From Lama guanicoe (Eukaryota): 64,000 bases of DNA. The stretch's first letter is position 1. Every line of letters begins with the position of its first letter. Below are positions 1-12,904 of the stretch, one piece after another. The stretch covers positions 718,941 to 782,940 of the forward strand of contig MU053792.1 in the NCBI GenBank assembly GCA_013239625.1, read 5' to 3'. The notes beneath the pieces were generated by a model. That model did no database searches and was not told the origin of the DNA. It worked only from the letters and a program-made list of their open reading frames with translations. The position numbers and the translations under genes were made by a program.

Positions 1-1512
1 ATTTTGGTTCGAAAATTGAATCATAATGTGAAGAAATATACACTAAAATATAGACGAGATGATTCCTCCTGTAGTGTGTTATGACACAGCTCAGTTTGCC
101 ACTTTGGGCAGAAGACTTTCATTTTACGACATCTTAGTCTCACTGAAATGCCAGTGGGACCGATGTCTTACTTTTTTCCCCTGCCCTTGTGCAAACCAGT
201 CTCTGGCAAGGGGAGGGTTCTAGACATTCATGCATCAGCCTCCCCACCAAACAGGGATTAAAAGCAGTGCTTTGCTTTTGCACCAGTTTATACTTTCCGG
301 GATCCTCACTCCTGCATGACAAGTCAGATGCTCCAACCTTGAGCTACCTCCCGGTTCTTTTTACCATCAGATCTCTCTGGTATACTCAGACAATACTTGA
401 CTATGTAAAGATCCTTTCTCCTGATTAAATTTCTGCCTTCAGAGTCTCAAACTCATCATGGTACAAGCACTATTTCTTCTAATATGTATCTTGTAACCTT
501 TAACCTACTTATTGGCTTGCTGCACAAAAAGCCTACCTTTTCTGGTCACCACACTAGAATTCAACTGGTTTGCTTCTAACCAGCTGAGGCAAGTCACTCT
601 CTAGACACCCTCTTAGTTCTCTACAATACTTGTTTCAGGATTCAATACCTTTGAATTGCCTTCTATGATCACCTAACTCGACTTCAAAGTATACACCTTT
701 ATTCCAATGGTAATTGCATGAATGAGAAATACAGAAAAATGGTCATTTCATCATGCTCAGATGCCTCACTCTGCCATGATACTACCATTCTTCTCAATAT
801 TCTGGGTCTTCCTCAAGTCCTTGCAAAGAGCAAGAATAACTTCTCCCATTTGAAATTTTTGTGCTCATTTTATGAGTTTAAGACCACAAGCCAAATCTTT
901 CTCCTCTTGAGTACAGTGTTTAAAATTATATATCATTATGACCAACTGAGGTATGAACTTCAATTATGAACATATGATTAACTTCTATCATAAACATAGT
1001 TGGCTGTCATCCATATTTTCACACCATGTAAAATTAAAAGAACACAGATCAACATTAAAGATCAGAATTTTTAAAAATAATACACAAAGCCAAGCATAAA
1101 TAAATCAGGTAGTATGGTATATTTTAGTACTTTCTCTAATCCCCTACTGCCATCGTGAACTTCTCATCTAAATATTTTTCTTATTATAAGTAACTACCTT
1201 AATATGACCCTGAATTTCTCTATAAATTGAGTAGAACATGACTTTCTGATGCCTCATAAATTCTTATTTCGGAATAAGTTATTTCAATGATCCATTCAAT
1301 TATTTCTAAACTTTTAACCCCTTAAGTTATCTGGGATATCTTAATGTACCAGAGCTTCACTCTGTCATAACCTATTGTTTTTATGTTGAATTATAATCAA
1401 TAAAAGTAATGATTATTTCATCTGATATGGAACTTGTGTTCTAATCCTGGTCTGCTACTGATTAGTTGTGGGAACCTGTCTGTATTTTGTTCACACTTGA
1501 GAGAAAGAGGAA

Positions 1513-1583
1513 AGGAAGGAAGGAAGGAAGGAAGGAAGGAAGGAAGGAAGGAAGGAAGGAAGAAGGAAGGAAGGAAGGAAGGA
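1513..1583 (+). repeat. (GGAA)n microsatellite
   Basis: About 17 GGAA units with one interruption at ~1561, inside a pure purine tract starting at ~1499. Confidence 0.97.
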
Positions 1584-2112
1584 TAGTTGAACTGCATTTT
1601 CTTTAAAGCTAATTGAAACTATCTGTAACGTTTTTTGATGTTTTATATTCCAAATATTCTGTTCCTTCCCTGGAAATGGTGGGTGGAAAGAAAAAGATAA
1701 TAGGTGGAACAAGTGATCGCTACCAGCAGGTAGCTCCCTGCTTCTGTTTCTTTGGCTGAATCTCAAAAAAACAAAAAAAAAATTTTCATTTATTTATTTG
1801 TTCAATATATCCATTTAGCACTCAATAAAACTTCATTGTTCAGCTTTCATCAAGTACTTTGATATGAATTAATGCAATATTGAGCAAGACACTTCTGAAA
1901 ATAAATTAACTCTAGCTATGACTTCATTAGGAGATAATACACAGCACTCTACTTGACAATTAGAAACTCGTCTTTGATACATAGCTAGATGTTTTTACAA
2001 TGTTAAATTGGAAGACAACTATATTTTCCAAAAAGATCATTGCCTCTTTGGGAAAAACAATTTTAAAAATCATTTAAATATGAACTTTGATAAGATTTTT
2101 GAGTTAATAAAT

Positions 2113-2239
2113 ATGAGGCTATTGAGCACTTCCAGTGTGGCTCATGTACCTTCATGAGGAACTGAATTTTAAATTTTTTAGTTTTACTTGATTAAATAAT
2201 TTCATTTGACTAATAGTTACTGTATTGGGCAACACAGCA
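2113..2239. mobile_element. MER3/MER33-like hAT-Charlie MITE fragment
   Basis: ggctattgagcactt..gtgtggct..gaggaactgaattttaaattt..tagttactgtattgggcaacacagc resembles the MER3 consensus as recalled. Confidence 0.7.
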
Positions 2240-4824
2240 TATCTAACCACTGAATTCATCTGCAATAGCATATCTCCCGTTAAATGAAATTTCCAAATGT
2301 CTTCTTGATTCATATTTTACCGTGTAAGGACAGAACACAGAGAACACCCTGTGTGTAATCCTTTTTATAGTAATTTTCCCATTGTGTTGTGAGTACATTT
2401 ACATATCTTTTCTTCCCTTAGAATGTAAGTCCTTCCGCAGTTATTATTATGTCTTTTTACATTTATCCTTCGTGTTTAGCGTAGTTACCCCTAATAGGCG
2501 TCCCATAAATAGGAAATAAACTAACAGACAAATCAAATTAAGTCACTGACAGTAGGTATCAAGTAATTTTCAAGCTCTAAAAACTAATCATGTAACTCAT
2601 GTCTTATTCATTGTACCATTTTAATGGACCAAATAGTTCATAGAATAGCCAAAATGAAAAAAGCATCTCCTGTACGAATAGTACTTGAATTGAATGCAGT
2701 TTTGTTGTGATGAGAAATGTGGAGCAGGCTGAAAATAAACATTCTTGACTTAGGCATATTAAGTTAAATAGTTAGAAAAATTTTGAATGACCTATATTTT
2801 GGTAATACGAAATCTTGACTTTTTTCAAATTCAAGTAGTACATCATTTTCCTTGGGTGAAAAAGAGACTAATTTAAATGTTTATAATGTAAGTCATGGTT
2901 ATTTTTGAAATAAATCTTTTCAAAGGAACATATTTTCACCTGTGTCTATTGCCCAGAATTTTAAGAATTCATGATGTTTTAAGGCCATTTCTAACAACAC
3001 TGGTAACAAGATGAATTTATGATCGAAAGAGAGAGAAAGAGACATAAACATAACATTTTTAAAATTCTAATGATCACTGTCAGTATTTTTCAGAACTGTT
3101 ATGTTGGCCAGCAACTTTGATCTCATGTCTGGCATAAGCAATGGCTGACACTGACCTTGTCTTCTTAATTCCAGTTTTCTTTAATGCTTAATGCTCAAAG
3201 TTTTACTCACATTAGTGCTTTCCGGGCAAAGGGTGTTGTTTCACAGTTTGCTAAATATCTTGTATGCATTAACTTAATAAATATTATAACATTATGTAAA
3301 TTGTTTCTAGGAGAGATGTATTTGGCAAAGCATAGAGGATAAAACTTAACTTTGGCCAGTTTTGGCTTGTTTCCTTTGGTCTGTTTCTCATTGTTGTTGT
3401 TTTTTACAAAAATATGTTCTGTGATGTGCAGAAACCTAGAAACAATGTTGTAGATGATATAATATGCATATGTTGAAGCCAGTGGAAGAAGAGACAAGGG
3501 TATGGAAAGAGAAGTATGTCTGGGTGGAGAAGGTGGGGGATCTTGCTATTTTGTTTCTGTTTTGGGAGTTTTATTGCATATATCTTTTATCTTTAAACTG
3601 CTTTAAATCCTTCTGCAAAAAAATAAAATGTTGAGATCTAAGTAATAGAAAAAGCAATAAATGAAAAAGAAGAGGCATGAGACACCATTCAATGGCATCT
3701 CTTTTACTCTCCCCAAAATAAACATGCATAAATCACTCCAGAGAACTCTCCTATCTTCCTTCTGGGTTCAGCTCCAATTATCTCCTTCTCTGTTTTTTTC
3801 CCTCATATTGTTTCATTTCATTGCTCTTTTCCTCTTTCTCTGCCTCCTCTCAGAACTTAGAGTGGGTAGGCAGCATGATTCATTTCAGGAGCACTGGGAA
3901 CCTTAATCTCTTTCTCATCCATCACCAGGAATGGACTCCTAGGATCCCTTTAAACTCAAATCCATAAGTAATATAGAGGGATGACAGAGTAGATAACGCT
4001 AAAGAACACAGCATAATGACTTCAGTTCACACCAAAGTAAAATTACTGGCCTCTGCTCCTTCCTTGAAACCCCTTTCGGGTAGGGTTGGATCCATACAAC
4101 CTAGCAACTGGACTTGGAGTGCTTCGTGTCTGTCTACACTGCTGATTCCAAGCATCCTTTTTTATTCACTCTCCCCATCTCCAATTCCCGATTACCACAC
4201 ATACTGATACCTTGCTAGCACACATTTACCATTAATTGTGCCACTTAAAATACTTCTGGGCCATTTCTTTAATTAAAAACAAAATTAATAATAGCAAAAC
4301 AGTTAATTGACATATAAATTCAGGACGTAAGAATCTTTCAGATTCCAACATGGTGTTATCTAAGAATGGGTAAGTAATTTATCTTTAATTCCTGATAGCA
4401 TTCAATTCCATTTTCAACTTATTTGTTAATCCTGAAAAAAAAATATTTAAGTCTAAAACCCTCACCAGAATAAAGAGGAGTTCCCTTTGTGTAAACCTCC
4501 AATGACAACCCCCTGGCAATCATCTGTGTTTATAGTGAACTCATTAAGATTTAGACTACACTTCATAGTTCATCCAAATACATTTGCTTACTGACTTCTA
4601 TTACTTTTATGGTGCAGGCTGACAATGCCAAACTTGTATTTGTTTCCAGCTGCCAAGTGTGAGGATAATGCATTCCAACAGGGGGAGAATAACATTTAAC
4701 TATATCTTTCAAGCATGTATCACTGCCTTCCTGCTGGATCCAGGCCAGTGGGAGGGCAAAGGTATAGAAATAACAGTAGAGCTCCCTATGGAGATTCGAA
4801 TCCGTAATTGAGGGAGAAATAGAA

Positions 4825-5681
4825 CAGTAGCCCTTCCTTCTCCATGGTCGGGGGACACGTTTCAAGACCCGCAGTGGGTACTTGAAACCATGGATAGTAT
4901 CAAACCCTTTATATGTTATATTTTTGCAGTGATAAACTTTAATTTATAAATTAGGCACAAGAAGAGATTAACAATAATAAGTAATAATAAAATAGAAAAC
5001 TATACCAATATACTATAATAAAAGTGATATGAATGTGGTCTCTCACTCTAAAAATATCTAGTGTAAAAATTTAATACTTTTTTTTAATCTTAACTAAGCA
5101 CTTACCACACCCAATGCCCATAACTTTTGCAGTTTGAGGTGCCACAGCAAAACTAGCACAAGTATATTTTTCCTCCTTCACAATTTCATGGGTAGATTTG
5201 CTTTTACCATAGACCTTAGCAACCTCAGCATACTATTTTTTTCCTTAGGTAGTCAAGAACATTCACCTTTTCACTTAAAGGAAGCCCTTTATGGCTTCTC
5301 TTGGGCATATCCAAATTGCAAGAATCACTAACTACTCTTGTGCTTTGTGGCCAAAAGTAAAAATATGACTTGGATACTAGCACTGCAGTGCCATGACAGT
5401 TGATCTGATAACCAAGCTGGCTCCTGAGTGACTAAGTTACAGGATAGCTGGACAAAAGGAGGATTTATGTCTCAGGTGGAACGGAGCAGGGACAGCAGGA
5501 GATTTCATCATGCTACTTAGAAGAGCACGCACTTTAAAACTTATGAATTGTTTATTTCTGCACTTTTCCACTTAATATTTTTGGACCACAAAAAAAAATA
5601 TTCTTGAAACCATGGAGACTGAAGGTTCCTGAAGGCTCCTGAAACCATGGAGAGTGAAGCCTCAGATAACAGGGGCTACTG
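4825..5681 (+). mobile_element. MER44/Tigger7-type TcMar-Tigger non-autonomous DNA transposon
   Basis: Terminal inverted repeats cagtagccc (4825) and gggctactg (5681), followed by TA. Internal aaactttaatttataaattaggcaca..aagagattaacaata is typical of MER44. Confidence 0.88.
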
Positions 5682-6508
5682 TAATCACAAAGAGGCAAGG
5701 CGGTTCCTACTCCCTTCAGAGCATCTCCTTTGGTGTTACTGCAGTGTTTCTTCCCTGCCCTCATTAACCCAGATTCCATAGGCCATTACCACAGTGGGTT
5801 AGGAAGGGGAGCAGTGGACTCAGTGCTGAGTAGAGGGACAAAGGAGTACTGATGGGTGTTTTTATAGAGAGGGTTATGTGTCCCATCCCTTTTCCCTGGT
5901 AAGAGGAAGCAATGAGAAGTACATGCCTATCTGTCACCGCCTACTTTCCCTGGTTATAGAATGAAGGGTTTGAGGGCAGATGCTGGAAGTTATATGCTGA
6001 AAGAGTGCTGAACTCTAACAAGAAGAATGAATCAGAATAGGACTGCCAAACAGGGGGATATGCAAAGAACAATGCTATGGGCTAAACAAGGGAAATCAAA
6101 GAAGACAGCAGAGCAAGGAGCAGCAAAATCAGCAGTGGGTTGACAAGATGGAGGGATTCCGGGATGAAATACAAAACCCTACAGTTGTTTTTGCGATGCC
6201 AGCAGCCTTTCAAACATTCATCTGAAATGTTAAAGAGGCTTGAGTGGGATGGCAAAGAAAATAACTATGCACCTTCCATGAGTATTTGTGGTGGGTCAGT
6301 TTACCTGTCACTCAGCAGGCACTAGACATACACTGTTGACTGACCAAGAGGTCACCTGTCTGGATGTTCTTCCTTTCTTGCTTCTTTCCCATTGTCAGTG
6401 TTCAGTCTCTGAATAAAAGATAGGAACACACCTGCAGGGAACAGATCAAGGTGGCAGAGTAAGATATGGAACTCACCTTCTCCCAAGAACACACCAAAAA
6501 TTCATTGA

Positions 6509-6981
6509 CCACATTTAAGTGATATCACATGGCATTTTTCTTTCTCTTTCTGGCTTACTTCACTTAGAATGATGATTTCCCGGCCCATCTATGTTGATGC
6601 AAATGTCATGATTTTATTCTTTTTTATGGCTGAGTAGTATTCCATTGTATAAATATACCACAACTTCTTTATCCAGTCATCTGTCAATGGACATTTAGGG
6701 TGTTTCCATGTCTTGGCTGAAAGACACAAATTAACTTATTTTCAAAACAGAAACAGATCACAGACATAGAAAACAAACTTATGGTTACCAGTGGGGAAAG
6801 TGGATATAAAGGGATGAATTGGGAGTTCGAGATTTGCAGATTATCAACCACTATATGTAAAATAGATGAAAGATATGTATGTATATGTATGACTGAAACA
6901 TTACATTGTACACCAGAAATTGACACAACATTGTAAACTGATTATACTTCAATTTTTAAAAAAGGAAACAAAAAAAATAAA
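6509..6981 (+). mobile_element. Nested 5'-truncated, 5'-inverted L1 (twin-priming structure)
   Basis: 6509-6718 is the L1 ORF2-end region in antisense. 6719-6957 is the adjacent 3' UTR in sense, followed by an A-rich tail. The host L1 5' UTR resumes at ~7045. Confidence 0.85.
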
Positions 6982-8101
6982 TGAAATGAATGTCACTGAT
7001 CTCACTATTCCCTATGCCTTTAAAAACTTTAAATGAAAAAAGAGTGCATTTACCTATGGAACAATTCTCACCACAAAACTAACTGGAGACCGGCAGAAAG
7101 ACTCCTGTACAAACAAGGCTGTAAGGAAGATCCACACGGAATCAGACAGGAATGGAAGAGAAGTCAAGTCAGGACTTGTGCTCCCTTGGAAGGGACACAG
7201 AAGAGAAGAAATCCTCCCTAGGGAGTGAGCAGTTCAAGCCGCATATTGGGCCCCTAGGCCTGTGGTCTGACACGGGGAAAACAAACCCCCTTGGCTGGTA
7301 GGAGGACCAATGGGACTGACAGGAGGGCCTGGACTGCACTTCTGAGGAGAGCACACACACTCGCTTACTCTTAAAACAGGGCAGAAAGAGTAGATTGAAA
7401 CTGCAGGGGTCCCTGGCCAGTCTCCCACAACCATCCTGAGCAGAGTGACTTCCCCAGCCCGAGTTGCTTCAGGACACAACTCCACAGTGGTGTGAGGGCC
7501 GCCACAGCCAAGGGGAGAGCTCAACTGTGAGGGACTAAGGCAGCTCAGACCCCAAGCTGTGTCTGAGCAGGGTGGGGCAGCCAAGAAGGCACATACATAG
7601 GCAGGGCGTCACAAGCTGTCTGGGGTTCTGACTATGGCCACAGCCCAGACTCAGACCTATGCAGAGCACCCACACCAGGCCCTCTTTCCTGAGCACTTCT
7701 CTGCTCCAGGGTAAGGGTGCAGGTGCTAGGAAGGAGGAGAGAACACACGTAAAGGAAATGGAGCCAGCTCAGACCCAACCCTCAGGACTGATGCTCCAGC
7801 AACTTAGGACCCACCCACACCTCTGATAGGACCATGATGGCCACTAAGCAGAGGAGAAGCTAGAGCTACAGTGTTTCTGAAATAGCCACTCCATCTTGAG
7901 CCCTGCCTCCTTCCATGGTGATAGTTTTCAGCCCCCTCAGAGAAAGATGTGTCTGTTCTCACTCAGATCCAGGTCTACCAACAAAGTCACTTGGCACACA
8001 CACACTACATAGAGACACTCCCACACAAAGACACTCTCCTTCAAGACTGCAACAGGCAACTGTTTCACCTAATTTCAAAGAGACAGAAACTGTTAAGCAA
8101 A

Positions 8102-8857
8102 ATGAGAAGATGGAGGAAGTGGTCTCAAAAGAGCAAGAAAAACCTCTGGAAAAACAACTAATGAAGCAAATAAATAATCTACCAGATAAAGAGTTCAAAG
8201 CATTAGTAATAAGAATTAGGGAAAAGAATAGGTGAACACAGTGAGAATTTTAACAAGAAACTAGAAAATATAAAAAAAAACAGTCAGAACTGAACAATAC
8301 AGTAACTGAGATGAAAAACACTCTAGAAGGAATTGAAAGCAGACTAGACGATACAGAAAAACACATAAGGGATCTGGAAGATAGACTAATGGAAATCACC
8401 CAATCAGAATAGCAAATGAAAAATTTTAATGAGATCAATTTAGGGGACCTCTTAAACAACATGGATTGTACCAACATTCACATAATAGAGGCCCCAGAAG
8501 GAGAAGACAGACAGAAGAGGGTCAGAAATGTATCTGAGGAAATTACAGCTGAAAACTTCTAAAACCTAAAGAAAGAAACAGCACAGAGGGTCCCAAACAA
8601 AGTGAATCCAAATAGACCACATCAAGACATAACATAATTAAAATGGCAAAAGTTAAAGATAAAGGGAGAATTCCAAAAGGCAGCAAGAGGAAAACAAAGA
8701 ATCATATGCAGAGGAACCTTCATAAGGCTATCAATTGATTTCTCTGCAGAAAGTTTTCAGGCCAGAAGGCAATGGCATTATATATTCAAAGTCCTTACAG
8801 GGAAAAACCTGCAACCTAGGATACTCTATCCAGCAAGATTATCATTTAGAATAGAAG
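8102..8857 (+). pseudogene. Degenerate L1 ORF1 (frameshifts and stops, 3' part deleted)
   Basis: ATG at 8102 (MRR..). Coiled-coil-like segment, then aacattcacataatagaggccccagaagg and cctaggatactctatccagcaagattatc (PRILYPARLS), typical of ORF1p. Confidence 0.85.
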
Positions 8858-11139
8858 CTTTTACTCTAAAATCGGGAACAAGCAAGAATGCCCACCCTCA
8901 CCCCTTTTACTTAACATAGTATCAGAAGTCCCAGACACAATGCTCAAAAAAAGAAAAAGAAATAAAAGGCAACCAAATTGGAAGATAAGAAATAAAACCA
9001 TTACTGTTTGCAGATGACATGATACTAAATAGAAAAAACCTTAAAGTCTCCATCAAAAAAGTTAGAACCAATAAATGAATTCAATATATTTACAGATACA
9101 TGATTAATATACAGAAATCTATTACTTTTCCATACACTAATAATGAACTATCAGAAAGAGAAATTAAGGACATAATACCATTTACAATCAAATCACAAAG
9201 CAAAAATAAATGGGACCTAATTAAACTTAAAAGTTTTTTCCCAGCAGAGGAAACCATCAACAAAACAAAAAGACAACCCACTGAATGGGAGAAAATATTT
9301 GCAAACAATATGACTGATACGAGGCTAATATCCAAAATACATAAACAGCTCATACAAGTCAATATTAAAAAATCTAGTTTAAAAATGGACAGAAGACCTG
9401 AATAGACATTTTTCCAAAGAGAACAGAGAGATGGCCAATAGGTACATGAAAAAATGCTCTACATGAGAAATGCAAATCAAAACCACAAGGAGATATCGCC
9501 TCACACCTGTCAGAATGGCTGTCATCAAAAATTGCATAAGTAACAAATGTTAGTAAGGATGTAGAGAAAAGGAAATCACAGTTCACTGTTGGTGGGAATG
9601 TAAATCGGTGCACCAACTTTGGAAAACAGTGTGGAGATTCCTCAGAAAACTAAAAACAGAACTACCACATGATCCAGCAATTCTGCTGCTGCATATATGT
9701 CTGAGGGGAAGAAAAAACACTGATTCAGAAAGACACATGCACCCCAATGTTGATATCAGATTTATTTATAATAAAAATTAAGTGACCATCAATATATATA
9801 TAGAATAGAATATTACTCAGCCATAAAAAAGAATAGCATTCTGTCATTTGCAACAACATGGATGGACCTAGAGGGTATTATGCTTAGTGAAATAAGTCAG
9901 ACAATCACAAATACTATATATGATCACTCAGATGTGGAAAATAAAAAATGAAACAAGCCAATGTGTGTAACAAAATGGAAGTAAATAGAGTACAAACTAA
10001 GGGTTATTAGTAGGCAGAGAACAAAGGGTGAGGGGCAAGATAGGGGTATGGAGTTAAGAGGTACAAATTACCATGTACAAAATAAATAAGCAACAAGGAT
10101 ATATGTTACAGCACAGGAAAATATAGTTATTATATTGTAATAACATTAAATGGAGTATAATCTATAAAAATATTGAATCACCATGTTGTACAACCTGAAA
10201 CTAATATAATCTTGTAAACAGGCCATACTTCAATGAAATATATAAATAAATAAAATAAAGCATTAAAAGAACAGATCTGGATAAGACCTTCAGAGGCCCC
10301 ACTCACTGCACCCTGCCTCATGGAAATTCAAAATTCAAACAAACAAATTACAAAATAAGTGTGTGGGAGTCAAACAGAGTGCTGATTTTCCCCCATGGTG
10401 ATTATTTTAATGCTTTTTAAAAATATATTAATTTTTATAGGGTTTGATATGATGGAGCCCTGAGCATATGCTGACCCCGTCAATAGAGTTATTGAGCCAC
10501 ATCTGAGGACCAAGGGGACGGAACACGTTCCTTGAGAATCCTTTTAGTGATGGAATGTGGGTATAAAGTTTTAGCAATTTTCTTATCCTAAAAGGACAAA
10601 CTTCATAAGCTTTCTCATGGCTCTGCCTTTTCAGTGACCCACAACTTTCTAAAGCAGTAAGTTTGCGAATAACTTGCAATTTCCTGACAGCTCTTCATTA
10701 AGGAAAAAAAACGTTGCTTTCTTGAAGATCTCAGGGGAAAAAAAAATCTTTCTTTTAGAGCTGTGATTGAACACAGTACCTCAAGCTAATTGATATTGTC
10801 TCAATTAACTTTCCCTTCTATTAGAAGAATGGAACAAAATGCATGTATAATGACAATGTGCAATTAAGGTTGAAATCCTTATAGTATAAAACTATGTCAA
10901 AGGTAAGGTTTACTCAACTGGTATATCTTACCGTTCATTCACCATTCATAAGACATCTGGTAACAGGACAATGGAAAGCAGTAACTTACTATTTGAAGCA
11001 ATGGAAAAGAGTTCTTAGATATAAATAAATTCATTAGTTTAGTCTATGACAGCCTGCCAATCTTCTGCACGTTTAAACAGAAATCGTTTCTGCATCCTTT
11101 CAAGTCTATAGCCCAGATTTTGTCAGTGAAGGATGGAAG

Positions 11140-11330
11140 ACCACAATGTTAAGTGCCTGAATTCAAATCCCAGCTGTTCCAATTATGTGTTCCTTAACAT
11201 AGCTAGATCTCAGTTTTCTAGTCTGAAAAATAGTATTAACAATCAAATCTACCAGGCCACTGTGAGTTATACACGAAGTACTTACAAAGTTCCTGGCATA
11301 CAGTAAACTCTATAAGTTATGGCTATTATC
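11140..11330 (+). mobile_element. MIR SINE
   Basis: gcctgaattcaaatcccagct..ctcagttttctagtctgaaaaatag..cctggcatacagtaaactc core-like motifs. Confidence 0.7.
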
Positions 11331-11624
11331 CTATTGTGTCTGTTTTTACTATTTTTATTGGTAGCAGTGGTAGCAGTATACTAACGCCGTAATAATTTAC
11401 ACTTAAACTCCAATAAATATTTATCATTTTAATATTATTCATCACAAATCAGAAGTGTTTTGCTAAGATTTTGTATAATATTTTATACTATGAGACAAAT
11501 TTTTATTATAAGATCTTATGAGACATAAACCTGCATAATACATAAGACATCTCTGGGTATAAATGCTAAATTGATGAGACGTACTAAAGCGTAAATTTAT
11601 GATTTCTTATTTTTCACTTCCTTT

Positions 11625-12790
11625 GTAGACTTCCTCTAACTTCTCTTAAAATGCTGGTATACCCCCGGGGTCTGTCCTCAGCCACTTTGCCTCTGTAAAT
11701 TTCTGAAGTACAAAACTACATATGTCCCATTCTGATTAGAATTTATTTCATGACTTTTCATCGCCCTTCAAATAAAGTCCAGATTCCTTAAATGATGCTG
11801 TACAGTCGTTTGTCTTGATTGCTCCCCCTATTTCATTATATAGCCCACTGATCTTGAAACACCAAGCCCCAGTGACAATGGCCTTCTTTAAACATTTTGA
11901 GCACTAGATTCTTTCACTTGCCTTCACAGCTCTGCAGATGCCATTTCTTCAAACTTGAACATTCTCTTTTTTCGGTGGTATCTCTTTTTTCTGGGGTAAC
12001 TCCCATTCATCCCTCAGGTCTGACCATGACTCCTTTCAAGGAATCGTCTTCTACACATTTACCCTCAAGTGAGTCAACCCCTTTTCTGTATGCTCCCATG
12101 GAATTTTGTATTATCTCTATCAAGCCTGGTATTCTCACTCTTTGTTTAATTCTGTGCCTTTGTCATCAGACTCTTTTTGTTGCCTAGTCCAAACTCATTC
12201 TGCTCACCACACAACGGACCAATAAACCGGGAGACGAGGTGTTGGGGCAAGCAATAGGGACTTTATTCGGAAAGCCAGCAGACCAAGAGGATGGCAGGCT
12301 AATGTCTTGGAGAATCATCCTGCTCTCGTCAGAATACAGGCTCCTTTTATACAAAAAAAACAGAGGAGGGGTTGTGGTTGGTTGCTGCAAACTTCTTGGT
12401 GTAGGAATTCTTTGTTCTTGCAGCTGTCCAGGTGGGCCAACAAAACAAAGTCCACCCTCTATTCTGCAACTTGTTATCTTTATTTAAGTGCAGAAGTGTT
12501 AATATCCTTAAAGGTCAGAGCCTTGAGAAAAGGCTCTCCTGTTTACCAGACAGGCTAAAAGCAAGATTCATTTATAAAAGGTGCAGAGCCAGCAAGAACA
12601 AACCCAGAAAAAAGGGCACAGTGGTTAAAACTAAAGGAACAGATCCAATATAGAGTCAGATCTGTTCTCCTCTATTACATTTGAAAGTCCATAATAGCAG
12701 GAATTCTGTCCTGCTCACTGAGTTTCCCTGAACAATAGCTCTCCTGGCTATTGCAGTCACAGTCAATAAGTATGAGTGAATGAATGTTGT
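11625..12790 (+). mobile_element. L2 LINE 3' region split by a solo LTR
   Basis: aataaagtccagattcctta and cattcatccctcaggtc-type L2 motifs. After the LTR: gaaagtccataatagcagg..gctcactg..caataagtatgagtgaatgaatg (L2 tail). Confidence 0.7.
12178..12679 (-). mobile_element. ERV1-class solo LTR (MER41-like)
   Basis: TG...CA termini with a 4-bp TSD tttt/tttg. Minus-strand TATAAAA (~12345-12351) and AATAAA (~12262-12267). Length 502 bp. Short IR gaacagatc..gatctgttc near the U3 end. Confidence 0.85.
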
Positions 12791-12904
12791 GGTCTCATCC
12801 TCTCTTGTATGACAGTGACTTCAAAATTTAGAACTCAGTCCTCACTCATTCTAAGGAAGGTTCCATAGAAGATTATTGCAAACTGTTTTCTATCTTGGGT
12901 AATG

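Larger units (their letters stand above)
6436..10259 (+). mobile_element. L1 (LINE-1) with 5' UTR, partial ORF1, two remnant ORF2 blocks, 3' UTR and A-rich tail; internally deleted and interrupted by a nested L1
   Basis: L1-type start gatcaaggtggcagagtaag..actcaccttctccca. GC-rich 5' UTR to ~8100. ORF1-like peptides (KEQEKP, NNLPDKEFKALVIR). RT-region remnant 8858-9200 (ttactgtttgcagatgacatgat, FADDM). C-terminal ORF2 from 9201 ([24 protein letters not shown]). Tail at ~10235-10259. Confidence 0.92.

Noticed and set aside
5720..6430. Possible old LTR between MER44 and the L1
   Set aside because: LTR-like composition, but I could not define termini, TSD or family.
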